Positions 1-12,322 of a stretch of DNA of 64,000 bases are shown here, piece by piece; position 1 is the first letter of the stretch; the number at the start of each line of letters is the position of its first letter. The DNA is from Marsupella aquatica. Its lineage: Eukaryota; Plantae; Marchantiophyta. The notes under the pieces were generated by a model. It was not told where the DNA came from. It made no database searches and saw only the letters and a program-made list of their open reading frames with translations. The position numbers and the translations under genes are program-made. The stretch covers positions 17,018,645 to 17,082,644 of the forward strand of contig OZ316893.1 in NCBI GenBank assembly GCA_973895155.1, written 5' to 3'.

Positions 1-741
1 CTAAATTACTGAGAGTCAAAGTTATAGTTAGTCAAGAAAGTCTTAGGTGGATCACACTTTCGGATGCGTGGCTTTCTAGTTGAAGTAGTCATAGCTTACA
101 CACTTCTCCTTGGATTCTGTTTTTCCCTGCTTGGTCCACACCTTTTGTGCCCTTGCACCTTTGGGCTCTCTTGGTCTCACCTATGTGGCGTTTTGCTGCC
201 TCTGTTTTTGTTGCCTTGTTGGGCCCCCCTTCCCGTGTGTTTTTGAGGGTTTTATTTAGTGGAAAAGAAAAAATTAAAAATTAAATAAAAAATTAAAAAA
301 TTCGTTGCTCTTCTTTCCCCTCGTGGGTCAAGCATATCAACAACACCTCGGAGTTGCCAGAATTAGCTAACCTCTCTCCAGAGAGATCCTAACGAAAAAC
401 CAAAGTGGCTACACGTATCAGAATTGATGGTGTCTTCTATGTTTCGAAACGAGAAGACGGACATTCGTCGATTCAAGATTTTCATTCCTACACAGACGAG
501 TGAGAGCAGAGATTCTTAGCTTCTGAGACATTTTTTCTACACTTCCCAACAGAGCAAATTATGCAAAAGAGTAATACGTGTTGCCCCTGAAACCTGGGCA
601 AGGAAGCATATGACAACGTGTATTACAACCGCGGAACGGCTCCCAGTGCTCCAACAGTGTACAAGCATTCCTTCTTAAAGGAGAAGAGTGTGATCCGATG
701 ATTTTTTATAGGAGGGATATCGGAGAATTTAAAGACGCTAT

Positions 742-2270
742 TCAGATTGGAGACTCCAGTTCCATCTCAACTTTGTTTTCCTGGTCTATAATATTGAAGA
801 ATATTGGATCAACCTTGATGTCACTAGTTACGTGCACCTGCGACAGTCAAAGGCAAACATTAGGTTTTATTCGGTCCAGCAATCCCGTCACAGAGCACAA
901 GAAACCAAGAAATAGAAAATTCTAGCGTACTTGTGTATATGAGACACAGAGAAACTCCATTGTCTTGCTCGACAAGCCACAATTGGTTTGATATTGTATC
1001 CTAGAAGAAAAGTAGATTTCTAGGAAGTGAGAATCTAGTATTTTGGTCATCGGCCACGCATCACCTGAAAGTTGTGAGTCCATTTCCACAATCGGGCACG
1101 GCCTGCTATTGTAACTACTGCGTGGAGATTCATTTCTCTCTTCGCGACGTCCGCGAAGAGATCTGTCACATGATTGGTCATCTCCAGTCCATCTAGCTTG
1201 CAAGGCACATACAGCACCTGCGAAGACTTTGCATCTTGACTTCCTTCTTCAACCTGCACACCAATCCTCTCTTATTAAAAGAAGATAGTCAGCCAAAATC
1301 TTATCTCACTGGGGCTTCCATGGCTTCTCCGGTAACACTAACAGTTGCCAGCGCTGGAAGATAGTTAGCCAAAATCTTATCTTACTGGGGATTCCATGGC
1401 TTCTCCGGTAACACTAACAGTTACCAGCTCTAGCAGTTGATTAGTCAACAGCCCAAGCTTATCTGCTGCTTACTCGGCATTTAATCGGTCAATGCTAAGC
1501 CATCTGCAAATGGCACTACACGAAGACGCCGAGTAGCTGAAAATAACGATACCACTGAGTCCTGTCACAGTGTGACGACAATCCTGTGTTTATTTCTTAG
1601 ACTATACATTCAAAGGATTAACTTGAAAATGTGCTCATCGATCCAAACGTATTCCTTGAAGTGATCCATCATCAACAGGACTTTATGGTCTCCCTTCACT
1701 TTGGACAAGGCAGGCTTGCCACGGAGATAGTCGTAAGCTGAAAATTTGTATCAGAATCCACTCATGGAGAAAACTGGACAAACGGACCCTGGGAACTGTA
1801 AAATAATTCAGTGGCAACCTATTGGCAGCATCCAGATCGGAGAGAGACACCGAACAGAGACTTCTGATATGAGCTTTTGTGTGTGTGTGTGTGGGGAGGG
1901 GGGGGGGGAGGGTGCGTGGGGGGCGCTGGGGCTGACAATTCTAAAGACATCTTCGACTTAGGAGCAACCACCCAGATGACTCTTGGGAAGATGAGCAACT
2001 GACCTGGGCTTGCCCGAGAAGTTGATCCTTGTAAAAGATATCCATAGTAGTAGACGTATATTCTATGGGTGCAACGTTATCATTGATGACTTTGATCGAT
2101 AGTGTGAGTTCCACGTCCACCACAGCCATAAGCATGGTGGCAAACCGTAGCTTGAATCCCTTCAAATTAATGGCAACGACCTCAAAGATTGGGTCCCTGG
2201 GCCGGATGCTGTATAGCCATGCCCCGGTTCCTCCTGCAACTACACCCGCACCACACACTATCAAAGCCAT
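742..2270 (-). CDS. LEA_2 (late embryogenesis abundant hydroxyproline-rich family) protein, 3 exons
   Basis: Exons 2270-2004, 1253-1065 and 837-742 with GT-AG introns splice in frame: MALIVCGAG...RPRDPIFEVVAINL...QAQ|VEEGSQ...HNFQ|VHVTSDIKVDPIFFNIIDQENKVEMELESPI*. N-terminal hydrophobic segment plus LEA_2 pattern, resembling the plant KDPTFHLIS...VDPVFLDV family. Confidence 0.85.
1281..1431. repeat. about 76-bp tandem duplication in the LEA_2 intron
   Basis: gaagatagt(c/t)agccaaaatcttatct...ggtaacactaacagtt occurs twice back to back. Confidence 0.85.
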
Positions 2271-3899
2271 CTCTCCTTCCTTTTCAGAACCTTCCACTTG
2301 CCCCCGTTGATTTTCCTATCTTCTTCGCCTCCCCACCCTGTCAGAAGCTCCTGCCTGCTGGTAGTACTTTCGCCACCAGTGCCCTCGCCCCTACTAACAT
2401 TCATACGCACGCTACCAGTGCGTAGTCAGGTCAAGATATTTCACGAGAGAGGTTTTTTCACGACTGGGCTAGACGTTTCTTTCCACCGGCTCCACCTGCA
2501 CATTTAATCGGCCCAGTTTCATGGAATCAATAGGACAACTGAGTAAATGGACGAAAGAATGAGAATCATTTTCCGGACACCGCCAACACAGCTTCAACAC
2601 AGCGCCAAGATTACGAGCGGCCGCTACAAGAATCGGAGATCTCGAAAAGACCCGCCCCAATGCGGTAATGATTGTCCACCTGCAATTGGAGGCGACGAAC
2701 GAAGACGTCAAGAAAATAGCAGGCTGGGTTCTGATGGAGAACAGAGAATGGAACCCATGCCTGCTTTCATCCTTCGGCTTCTTCTTCGTGTGACATTCTG
2801 GGCGCTTCGGTAGGAATTTGTGTTGGTCTGAAAGCATTCTTTTGCAAGACATTCTACGAGTTGGAAGAGGGCATGTGGCGTAGTCCTACTAGAGCATTTA
2901 CTCCGAATAGGTAGTCCACACGTGTCGTCCAGATGTGCCGAGTAATTTGTAGGACCCGGATTTGCATGTGTTTCTCTACTGATTACAAGATGCACTCTTA
3001 TGTGCTTGAGATTACACTACTACAGGGCCTGACTATATATTATAGTGTAGAAGAACAAAAAAGTAAAAGAGGGAGTAAGGGTCCCGAAGGCAAAGCAACC
3101 CAAGCAAGGGGAAAGAAAAAACCCCAGAAAAGCCTAAGAGGCCCAACCAGCCAAGGGGTCCCTCACAACCAAAAGGGAACAACCAACCAAAGAAAACACA
3201 AGGTGGCCAAGAAGACAAACACCATATTGGGCAGAGAACTGAAAAGTCTGCTAGAGTTTAGAAGTAAATCTCAAAGGAAGGTCACAAAGTGGGATTTGTC
3301 TAGAGGCTCTAAAACTAACTGCCTGAGCTCGGCAAAGTATAGTGAATGCTTGAGCCCTATGAAGTGCCACACACTCCCTCTGTCGAACGAAGGCGGTGAG
3401 AACAAAGAAAGGGGGATAAGGCTTCCGCTCAATACAATAATCCACACAAGCCCTAAGGCCTGACTACCCAACCTTTGCTTAGGCCCACAGTTGCCCCCCA
3501 ACTTGTTGCCTCACCCCTAAACTTGCCACTACCCAAGCTTTGCTTAGGCCCATGGTAGCCTCACCTCTAAACTTGCGAACCCATGTATAGTAAAGGTTTC
3601 ACTCTAGCCCGTGGGCCTTTATCTTGGCTTTCTATTGCTCCTTATTAGAAACTTTGATGATCATGGGTGTCAAACTCTCCAAACTCGGGACTGTTTGCAT
3701 GTACAGTGCAATCAATGGGAATGTTCTATCAAATGGGGAGTATTCGGCGAGGTAGTCGGCTTTCTATGGGAAGGGGCCATGCTTGTTTATCTTGTTGCCT
3801 GTTCCATGATGGGAAAGTGGATGATGTGTATTTTTTTAATAATAAAAAACAATGGTATGCCCAATTATATTCCAACAACAAAAATGGGATTCTGTAAAT

Positions 3900-5226
3900 G
3901 AGGTTTGGAGTTTTTGGAGCGTGATGGTGGCGGAGCTCCTGGCTATGGCGGCCCCATAGGGTTGTCGTGTGGAGATGGTCATTTGTAGAGTATTAGAAAA
4001 CATGAGCACCTGGATTACACCGGTAATCCGCGTGGAAGCAGTGGATTTGGGAAAGATTACATTAGCAGCACCAACAGTCAGGCCACGATGCCTGGAAATC
4101 CCAGAGCTCACACGGTGTCAGATATGGAAACAAGTCAGACACCCGTGCACTCTCACGAGGAAAAGAGCAAACACAACAGCGAAACAATAGAAAGTGACTG
4201 ATCAGCTGTCCCTAGTCAGGAGCGGATGAGACAGCGCAGCAGCTTGTTTAGGGCCACCATTTCCAACACTGGACATCCTAACACAACTGGAAGAAGCTTA
4301 CAAAGGCCCTAACTCAATCACTGCTCGGACCAACTCTAGAAGCACCACAAGTCACGAGGCAATGAGGAGGCATCGAGTTGAAAAGGAAGTGGGAGAACAT
4401 CCCCAATGTAGTTGAGAGCAGTCTCCGAAAGCTTGGGGGAACCCAGCCCTGGCCGGGGTTTGGTTCTTTGGATCCTGAGTGGAACCCAGACGATGAAGCA
4501 TCGCAAGGGACAACAATAGAAGAAAAGGACGAGGAAAATCCCTACTATCATAATTTGGATAAGGAATCTGGAATGCATGTCTTGAATGAGGACCTTCGAG
4601 AACAATTGGCACATCTACCACGTCTTCCTGATGGTCCAACACCAGGTATGCGCACTGAAACACTAATAGTCGATAAGAATATAGTTGCCAGCAGGATTCT
4701 GCACCTGCAAAACAGGGGAGCATAATGTACACCGTCAACATAAACCCCTCGAGGGATTTCTTTGAAGCCTGGGCACACAACGTTATTGGCTCTAGAATGA
4801 ATATTGAGATTGAGCAGATCAAAGTGCTGGCTCAATCCACTTTTTTTTTGGTGGTCTCATTGCAAGTGGAGCAGAAATCCGTTTTGCTTGAACCATATCT
4901 TTATATGGGCCCGCAAGATGGTCATGGAAATGCCGTGGACCCCCAATTTGACGCCAAGTCCGTGAGGTCTATGAGGGCTCCTGTCTTGGTCGACCTTCCG
5001 ATGCTGAACCCAGCTTTTGGGTACTATGCTAATCAAATGCTGGCTAAGGTCAAAACGGTCCTTTATGCCCAAACTGCTCATGCTAGAAGCAAATTTTCAC
5101 ATATCAGGGGATGTGTTCTATGTAATTTGAATGAAGAACTTCTGGAATACATAGATATGACCATTCCAAATGTTGGCAGATACAGAGTAGATGTCATATA
5201 TAGGACCATTCCTTATGCTTGCTTCT
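3900..5226 (+). mobile_element. L1-like LINE, 5' part (ORF1, DUF4283-like), degenerate
   Basis: ORFs 4378-4725 and 4725-5279 (..APVLVDLPMLNP..HIRGCVLCNL..YRVDVIYRTIPYACF) resemble plant L1 ORF1. The zinc knuckle resumes after the insertion at 12323. The 5' boundary is approximate. Confidence 0.7.
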
Positions 5227-5299
5227 TGTGGTGCTTCCCATGGCTCCCTAAACCCAAGAAACCCCCATGCACAAGCTGATTCCCGCAGGTTTTGCTCTC

Positions 5300-7601
5300 T
5301 GTGACGCCGATGACATGGTCCTTATTCTATAATTTGAGTAAGTAGGTTGCTGTATGCAAGGACTAGCTATTGATATTGCATAACAATTAGCAAGATGGCA
5401 AGAATAAGGGCAATCATGGCGTTGAGTAGGGAAATAAAAGCTATGTCACGGGTGGTCGGCGACCATATCTCTTTCAATACGTCACCAAATCCGGATCTGT
5501 AAAGAGCATTGGAAAGATCTGGTCAAGGCGAGTAAAATCGATATAAAACACTAAGGAAACGGAGGTGTATTAAGAAAGATACGGCCTGATTAGTGTGACA
5601 GGTTAACTTGTGGCCGGAATGAGCGGATTCGGTTTCGGGTTAACCTAAGCTGAGGCTACGGCTTAGCTTATGAGAGCTCGGATTCAGCTTAGCTCAGGTC
5701 AGCACGGCTTCAGCTTAGCTCAGGTCAGCACGGCTTCAGCTTAGCTCAGGTTAACACGGCTTCAGCTTAGGCTTAACCCGGGTTCGGGTTATATTGAGCC
5801 CGGGTTAGACTGAACTTCGGTTAACCTAAGCTCGGGTTCGGGCTCAGCTTAGCCTAGGTTAGCGGGTAGCGGCCTAACCCGAGACCACGGGTTAGCTCTA
5901 CTCGGGTTAGATAGGATAACTAGGTTAGCCGAACTCGGGTTAGCTATGTAACTCGGGTTAGCTATGTAACTCGACAGCAATGAGTACCCTCTCTCGGTTG
6001 CGGGGGCATAACTCTCTGTGTATTTGACCAAATCGGCTATAATTGACCTCGTTAGAAAGAGGCGCTCAAGCCGCTTCCAACGCTGCTATCCACGCAGCAA
6101 ATGGTTGAATAGAGAAATCGGGAGAGGAGGCGCAAGCTCGTGAAAACCATGGAGGAGGGCCAAATCCAAAGTACATAGCCAATTCGAGATAGAAATAAAG
6201 TTGCGAGTTAGGGTTCAGTAGTTAGAGATAGTGGCGGCTTTGTTAGGGCTGGGAGGGGGCTCCAGCAGCGTAGTATCCACCGATTTGGGCTCAGTATGAG
6301 AGTATATAGAGCAGCCCCGGTAGAGGCAAGGGGGGGACTTCAGTTGTGTGATCTCACGTAGACTGAGCAGCAGGGAGGAGCTCTGTGCAAGGAAGGCTGG
6401 GCTTGGAAGCTGTGTGCTGGGGAGAGTTGGGTTGTGCTACTACTCAGGGAGTAATCAGCCACGCTTCACAGCAACAGTTGGCCAGGTTTACAAGCTAGAT
6501 TGTGACTCTTTCTAGTGGGCAACACAACTGGGTTCTTTTCCCCCGATACAGAGCCTTGGTGATAGGTGCTGTGTTGGTGATTGTAAACTGTGGGGAAGAT
6601 TTCAATTCAATTTGTGGTGGGCACATTAGGGAGGCTGAGACACTAATTGAGGGGCAGCAGGAGGAGCATTTACAGTTCAGTCTGGCAAGGCTACGTGATC
6701 CATGGGGAGTCCCGGCCTTTGTCTGGTGGAGAGCACTAAGGGATCTATGGCCAGAGCGGAGCTTGCAGGGCAAGCGTGAGGCCGGGCCTCATTGCAGTCT
6801 GGGATAGATCGCCGTTAGGCCTGGTACCAGCTTTGAAGTCGAGTCAACTGTGCATGCGTAACTTGACATTCGGAAATGGAGGTGTGAGATATGTATGTGC
6901 CACCCAGAATGAAGTGCAGTGAAGGAGGTTGAGTTCAGGATTGAGCTTGCATGGCAAGCACGTCGCAATCTGGAGTAGACAGCCTTTAGGCCTATTGTTC
7001 TGATCAAGTATTCTTCGTGAATTATTGTGCACATCTTTGAATCTAATTGAGTTTTCCTCTCAGGCCTCATTTTCCCTCATGGATGTGTGTGTGTGTGTGA
7101 GGCAATCTGAGTGTATGATGGGACTAGCAGCGCCACTGAGAGGTGTACCGGGTGCATTGAAGTGGGTTGGGTGAGGGCTATTAGAGCTTTGATTGTTGAG
7201 AGTGGAATGGCAGAGTGGTGGGGCAATGGCTTAGAAGTCCCTAAGCCGGGAATCAGTCAGGAGTCACTGGTTTATGGGTACATTCTGGCGGCGGAATAGA
7301 AATATACCTATGACAGTAAGCATACGTATAGACATATGCGCACCGTAGCACTAGGCCCGATATGAAGACCCGCTCTCACCAGAACTATCATGAGCACAGG
7401 ATCTGATTCCCAACCTTGGTTCTTAGGGATTGAGCTTGGGTGATGTGTGACGGAGTCTTGCTATGATAGTCTGGTGTTAAGGGCATAAACTGGTGTTTAC
7501 CGGCCTTCACAACATCCCTTCGTGATCCTCAGGTACAAGGAGATGGTTTTGGCACCCATAGTGACGTTTTTGGTGTTAAAACCCATGTCAATCGCGTGAC
7601 A
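5300..7601. mobile_element. Solo LTR (2.3 kb) nested in the coding TG..CA element
   Basis: TGTGACG...GTGACA with TSD CTCTC (5295-5299 / 7602-7606). Copy 2 is continuous at the homologous site (about 16923-16935). Confidence 0.85.
5620..5975. repeat. Tandem and palindromic minisatellite inside the solo LTR
   Basis: Units of about 26 bp (ggcttcagcttagctcaggtcagcac), 18-bp units (actcgggttagctatgta) and ggttaacc palindromes. Confidence 0.8.
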
Positions 7602-8617
7602 CTCTCGGCAAGGCCGGTTCCGCGGCTTAGCGGCATGGGACGCTGCTAACTCTCTTCTACTAACATTTTACACACATATACTGGACAGATACTTTATCCG
7701 GTCATGAGATACATAGCCGGCCTATTCTATGCCTTCCCTTGTATTCCTCTCCTTATCTTCTTTAGGTATGTTTGGATTCCGCCGCCAAAATGATCCCCAA
7801 CTGGCTTGGGTTAGCCGCTAAGACCTCTCTCAGCTCGACACATCCAACTCTTACTACCTTGCTTACTTCCTTCTCTCTTGGTTGATGTGGACAATCTTCA
7901 AACAAGTTAATGCGACACACAAATAGCAAAATGACTCCTTCTGACTGAGTTATACCATGCACTTGCCATACAAACAGTACTTCTCATACACAAGATCTGC
8001 GAACTAAGCCGTGAGGCCAACTCTATTCATCTCTTAGGCATGAGGAAACATGAATATACACAAGGGTCACTGTATAACTAACCGAGAGCTTCTTTTACTA
8101 CTTGATCCCAGCCCTGCTGGTGCACTAAAAACTTGCTAAAGAAGAAGGCCCTGAACTCCTCGCTGCCCAGGTACTTATCCTGGCAGTGGATCTGCCTAAT
8201 TCCTTGCAGCGTAAGCCTAATCTATCCTAACTGTAATCTACCTATGTACAGCGAGGCAGGAGCACAAGTGTTTCTCTTACCAGTGGATCCGCAATCCCAC
8301 TAATCTAAGTGTCAGGGCCGCCTGATCCTAATTCTAAACTTGGAGATTTCAGCCCGCCCTGCCCGCTCACGCCTCCTACCTCCACGTCCGCCCTTTTTAA
8401 AAGGGACGGTGCCCTTACACCGTCATGGCACCGGTGGCTGGCCCTCAATGGACGCCCCTGATCCTTCCTCGGTGGTCAATGTGGGCCTCCCGTTCTCTGA
8501 CAGGTTATCCGCTCCTGACCTGGTCAACCCTTTTTTGGCGTGTCTGGGCCCCACCACTACCTCGGCCTCAACTTCCTTGGCTTCCACTAACCCGGCTTCG
8601 GCCTGCCCGGCTTCTAT

Positions 8618-11600
8618 CTATGGGGGTCCCACCCCTGTGGCTTCTGTTTTCTCCTTCCCGGGATCGGCTACCTTGCCGTAGTGGTCCTCCTCATAGGCTT
8701 GTTCTATGAGTCGGGTTGTCTCGTCCTCCCAAGGTTGCGGTTGATGCCGATCAATGGTTGGCAACCTTGGGTCGGTGCCTATCATGGCCTCCCCCAACTG
8801 GTCTTCTTGGCCTACCTCTTGGACTGCTTCCTTGACGGCCACAACCTCGCATAAGGCTGGTGCCATGCTCTCTACCTCAGCCACAGTGGCCTGGCAAATG
8901 GTGTGGCTCCCTGACCCAGAAGGCTTCCGCTTTTTGTCCTTCCCCACCCAAACAGCTGGTGCCTTTCCCTTGCCGCTTTCTTCCGGCAAGGGTGAGGGTA
9001 CCACGGCTTGTCGCTCAATTAGTACCACGCCTTGAGACCCTGTTGCCGCTACCGAGGGTCCACATGTTGCGGCCAGCTGATTTAGCTCCTCGGATTGCGG
9101 CCAGCTGATTTAGCTCCTCAGTTTGGTTGTCCGCCCGCCTCTGCAGATTCTCTATCTTCTGGTTGGCTTCCTCCAGGTCCACCAGGGCTTTGTCTAAATC
9201 CCCACGGGCTTGCTCCAACTCTGCTAGGTTGTCGTCCAACTCCTTTTGTAAGGCCGCCCTCTCCTCCTGGGTTGCCTTTAGTTCTGCGTTGAGCTCATGG
9301 ACAACATCAAACTTGATTTTATTCATTTTGTCGTAGGTTTGATCGAGCATGTCATCCTTCTTCCGCAGTTTGGCTTGAAAGTTGGCCGACGGGTCCTCCA
9401 GGTCTCCCTTCAACTTGTCGATGCCCTTGTAGGTCTCATCAAGTTTGGCTTGTTTTTGATGAATGGCCTTGCGGCATTCTTCGATCTCATCCTTCAGTGC
9501 CCGCTCCTTCGTATGGGCCTTGGTCATGGCTCTGTTGCAGGCCGTTATGTGAGCTGCTTCTGCCTTCTTTAGTTCTTGCTTCCACTTCTCCTTCTCCTTG
9601 AGGGCTCCGGCCAAGTCTTCCTGAGTCTGGGCTAGTTGCCCGTGCATGATACTTATTTCATGCTTCCTAACTCGTAGCTTGTCTTGGGCCTGCTTGGCCA
9701 CCCTTAACTCTCCGGCCTTGGCTTCCTTCTCTCTTAGCCGTCGGATGACTTCCTCCTTCATCCTCTCCAAGGCTAGTGCGTCCGTCAACCGGCTTTTCTC
9801 CAACATCTCCTTATGGACAAAAGGCCCTGTCTCCAATTCTGCCCCATAGATATTGAGGGCGAGTAGCCCGCACATCCTCCCATACTCCAGGGCTCTGGAA
9901 CGTGCATAGGTGGAGTGGTTAGGAGATGTCGGCATCTCCCAACGTGGCCTTACCGTCCAAGCCGCCCTTCTTATCTCCTCAACCGTGGGCAAGGGTTCGG
10001 CTTGAACCCTTGCCAGTTGCTAAATGTGCTCCGGCCATCCACCGCCTGGCAAGTCCTTCTCCTTGACCAGGGTTGCTTCCTCCAGGTCCATGAATTGCTG
10101 CTGTGACTCTTGATCGGCCTGTTGTCTTCCGTCAAACATTGGTGGAAGTACGTCTGGTGGGGGAGACTTTGGGCTCTTCTGATGTTGTGGATCCCCACGC
10201 ACCACTCTGGGAAGTGTGGGGATAAAACGGCCGTAGGTCCGCACTCCTGGTACCAAGCGATCCGACCTGTAACCCAAGTCCTTGTGGTATTCCTCCTTGT
10301 ATTCCCCGTCCTCCGGGCGTCCTGGTGCCTGTTGGTCCTCTCTAGGACTAGCCGTAAACCCGGCCTCCTGCCTAGGATTATACAGGCGTGCGACTTGCTC
10401 TTCCGGCTTACGTACCTGACTTCCGCCCTCCTTTTCAGGACTGGGAACCCTGGGTCCTAGTTCCTCTGAGTCACTAGAGGCTCCTACATACATCCGCACC
10501 CCCGGCTCGTGTTCCGGCCTCCTTCTTTCTTTGGCTCCGGTAAAGGGGTTTTCCCTTGTCATTTTTCTGGTGCCCGTCGTTGTTGCTGCCTCTGGTGCTA
10601 GAGCCGCCTTCTCCTTGGTCAGTATATGCAAGAGGCTCTACATGGCCGGTTGTTGCATTGGTCCAGCTTCCGGCACTTGTCAGAAGACCTGAGCTATTGT
10701 GGGATTGCCTGGCGGGTCGGGCTACTTTGTTGCTGCTCTCGGGTCTGATTCCTCTTCTGCCGCTCTAGCCTGCAGGGGAAGAATCGGTGCAAAGATTTGA
10801 CTTTGGGCATACTGGCATAACATTGGCATGTGATAACCAAGCCGGGATACGCTTCCTTGGCTAATCACAAGTTGTTCCTCCTTTAATATCTTTCTGAGTT
10901 GGTTGAGGAGGTACCCATTGTAATCCCGACTTGGGTCTGGCCTCTCTGCCAGGTAAACCTGCGCTTTGCCGATCTCCGGCCTCGGCCAGTTACAATGCAT
11001 CGTTACCCGGAAGAAATCAATCATTTCTCCTATATGCAGGTTGGTGCAGGTGCTCTTGAGGAAGCCGTTCTTTGTTGACGGTCCGGGGAACGATCTAAAC
11101 TCCTTGTCCGACAAGTTCTTCCGGGTTTCTACCTTAGCTTTGTTGCCCTTGGGCAAGCCAAACACTTTGGCAATCACGTTGGAGGTGAGATAGAAGTCCC
11201 TCTCGTAGATCTTTGTGGAGCTGGTCTTGTGGTCCCATGATCCCACAAATTCCAGTAAGTCTGATTCTGGCACCTCCTTCTTCAACCACGATAGTCTTAC
11301 AAAGCTCTCCAAGCTTGATCCGGCCATGAAGCCCTAGTACTTCTTGGTCTGCATGGCCATAAAGCATGCATCCTCCTCTCGTGCAAAATGTAGTTGTATC
11401 ACCAGTGGTAGCATTGCCGCCCATCCCTTCCAGGTGTCATCTCGGGTAGGGATGACATTGACTGGGTTGACTTCTTGTTCCTCGGGTTCCTCCTCCCTTT
11501 GCTTCCCCTGTTTGGCTGGCTTCCTTGATACTGCCGACCTCGTCCTCTTGGCCGATGTGTTTTCTTCATTATTGGTCATCTTCCTCTTCATTTCAGCGGC

Positions 11601-11810
11601 ACCTAAAGATTCTCCCAATACTGTTGCTTTCGTCCACGTCGTTGTGCAACCCTTCAGGTCCCAATGTTTGTCGTTGCAGTTGTTGATGGCTTGCCGGATG
11701 CCGACGATTTGGTTGTCTTGAATTAGAAGGTTGTCAAGCTTGTCGCCAGTAGGTATCCACAGGAATTCAGCCTTGATGAGTTCTCCTCTTAAGAAGGCCA
11801 TCTTTTGCAA
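8618..11810 (-). pseudogene. Retrotransposon accessory protein (plant-transposon-protein-like domain + low-complexity linker + coiled coil), disrupted
   Basis: ORF pieces 11334-11810, 10722-11327 (FVRLSW..LLEFVGSW..IYERDFYLTSNVIAKVFGLP), 10020-10631, 9015-9992 (heptad-rich) and 8618-9028. Collinear with 17749-20967. Confidence 0.65.
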
Positions 11811-12322
11811 TTCCCACAGTTGAGCAAGTTCTTGTTGCTCGTGGCTGCTCTTTCTGATTCTTCTTCTTCGTAAGTCCCAACGTACTCACTTGCCCGTTCG
11901 AACAGGCATCCCAAAAAATGTGTTGCTTGATTGACGTTGCTCATTCCCTTCTCAGGCCGTGCTCGGTAGTTGCTTATGTCCCTCCTGTGTTCTCCTCCAT
12001 AGCTGACAATCGTTGGCTTTTGCTTGCACTTTGCTTGCTCAAGGTGCAAATGTGAGCCATCCTTCCTGGTTTGGCTTGCCTTACCCCCCCCCCGCTCGGT
12101 CGATCTGCCCGTTGGTTACCCATAGCCACCGGCACTTAGTTTGCCCTAACCCTAATTGTGTTCCCTGCCGTGGCATCCTTACTGCCGGCCTCGGCTCGGG
12201 TTCCATAGTCACCCTTAATTGTTTATATTTTCCTTGTTTTTGTTACTATACTAATGTGTTTTCAAGGTACCCTCCTGGTTTTACCATTTAAACGGCCTAG
12301 TGATTCCTGGCTAGGCATCACA

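Larger units (their letters stand above)
5227..12322 (-). mobile_element. TG..CA-bounded coding element (about 4.8 kb net), copy 1, inserted in LINE ORF1
   Basis: Starts TGTGGTGC and ends GCATCACA, flanked by TSD CTTCT (5222-5226 / 12323-12327). Removing it restores the LINE knuckle YACFLCKTRGHIACYC. Carries broken minus-strand ORFs (about 12049-8618). Confidence 0.85.

Noticed and set aside
1-300. Possible LINE 3' end with an A-rich tail (similar impression at about 3030-3500, minus strand)
   Set aside because: Based on composition only; no diagnostic motif or TSD seen.
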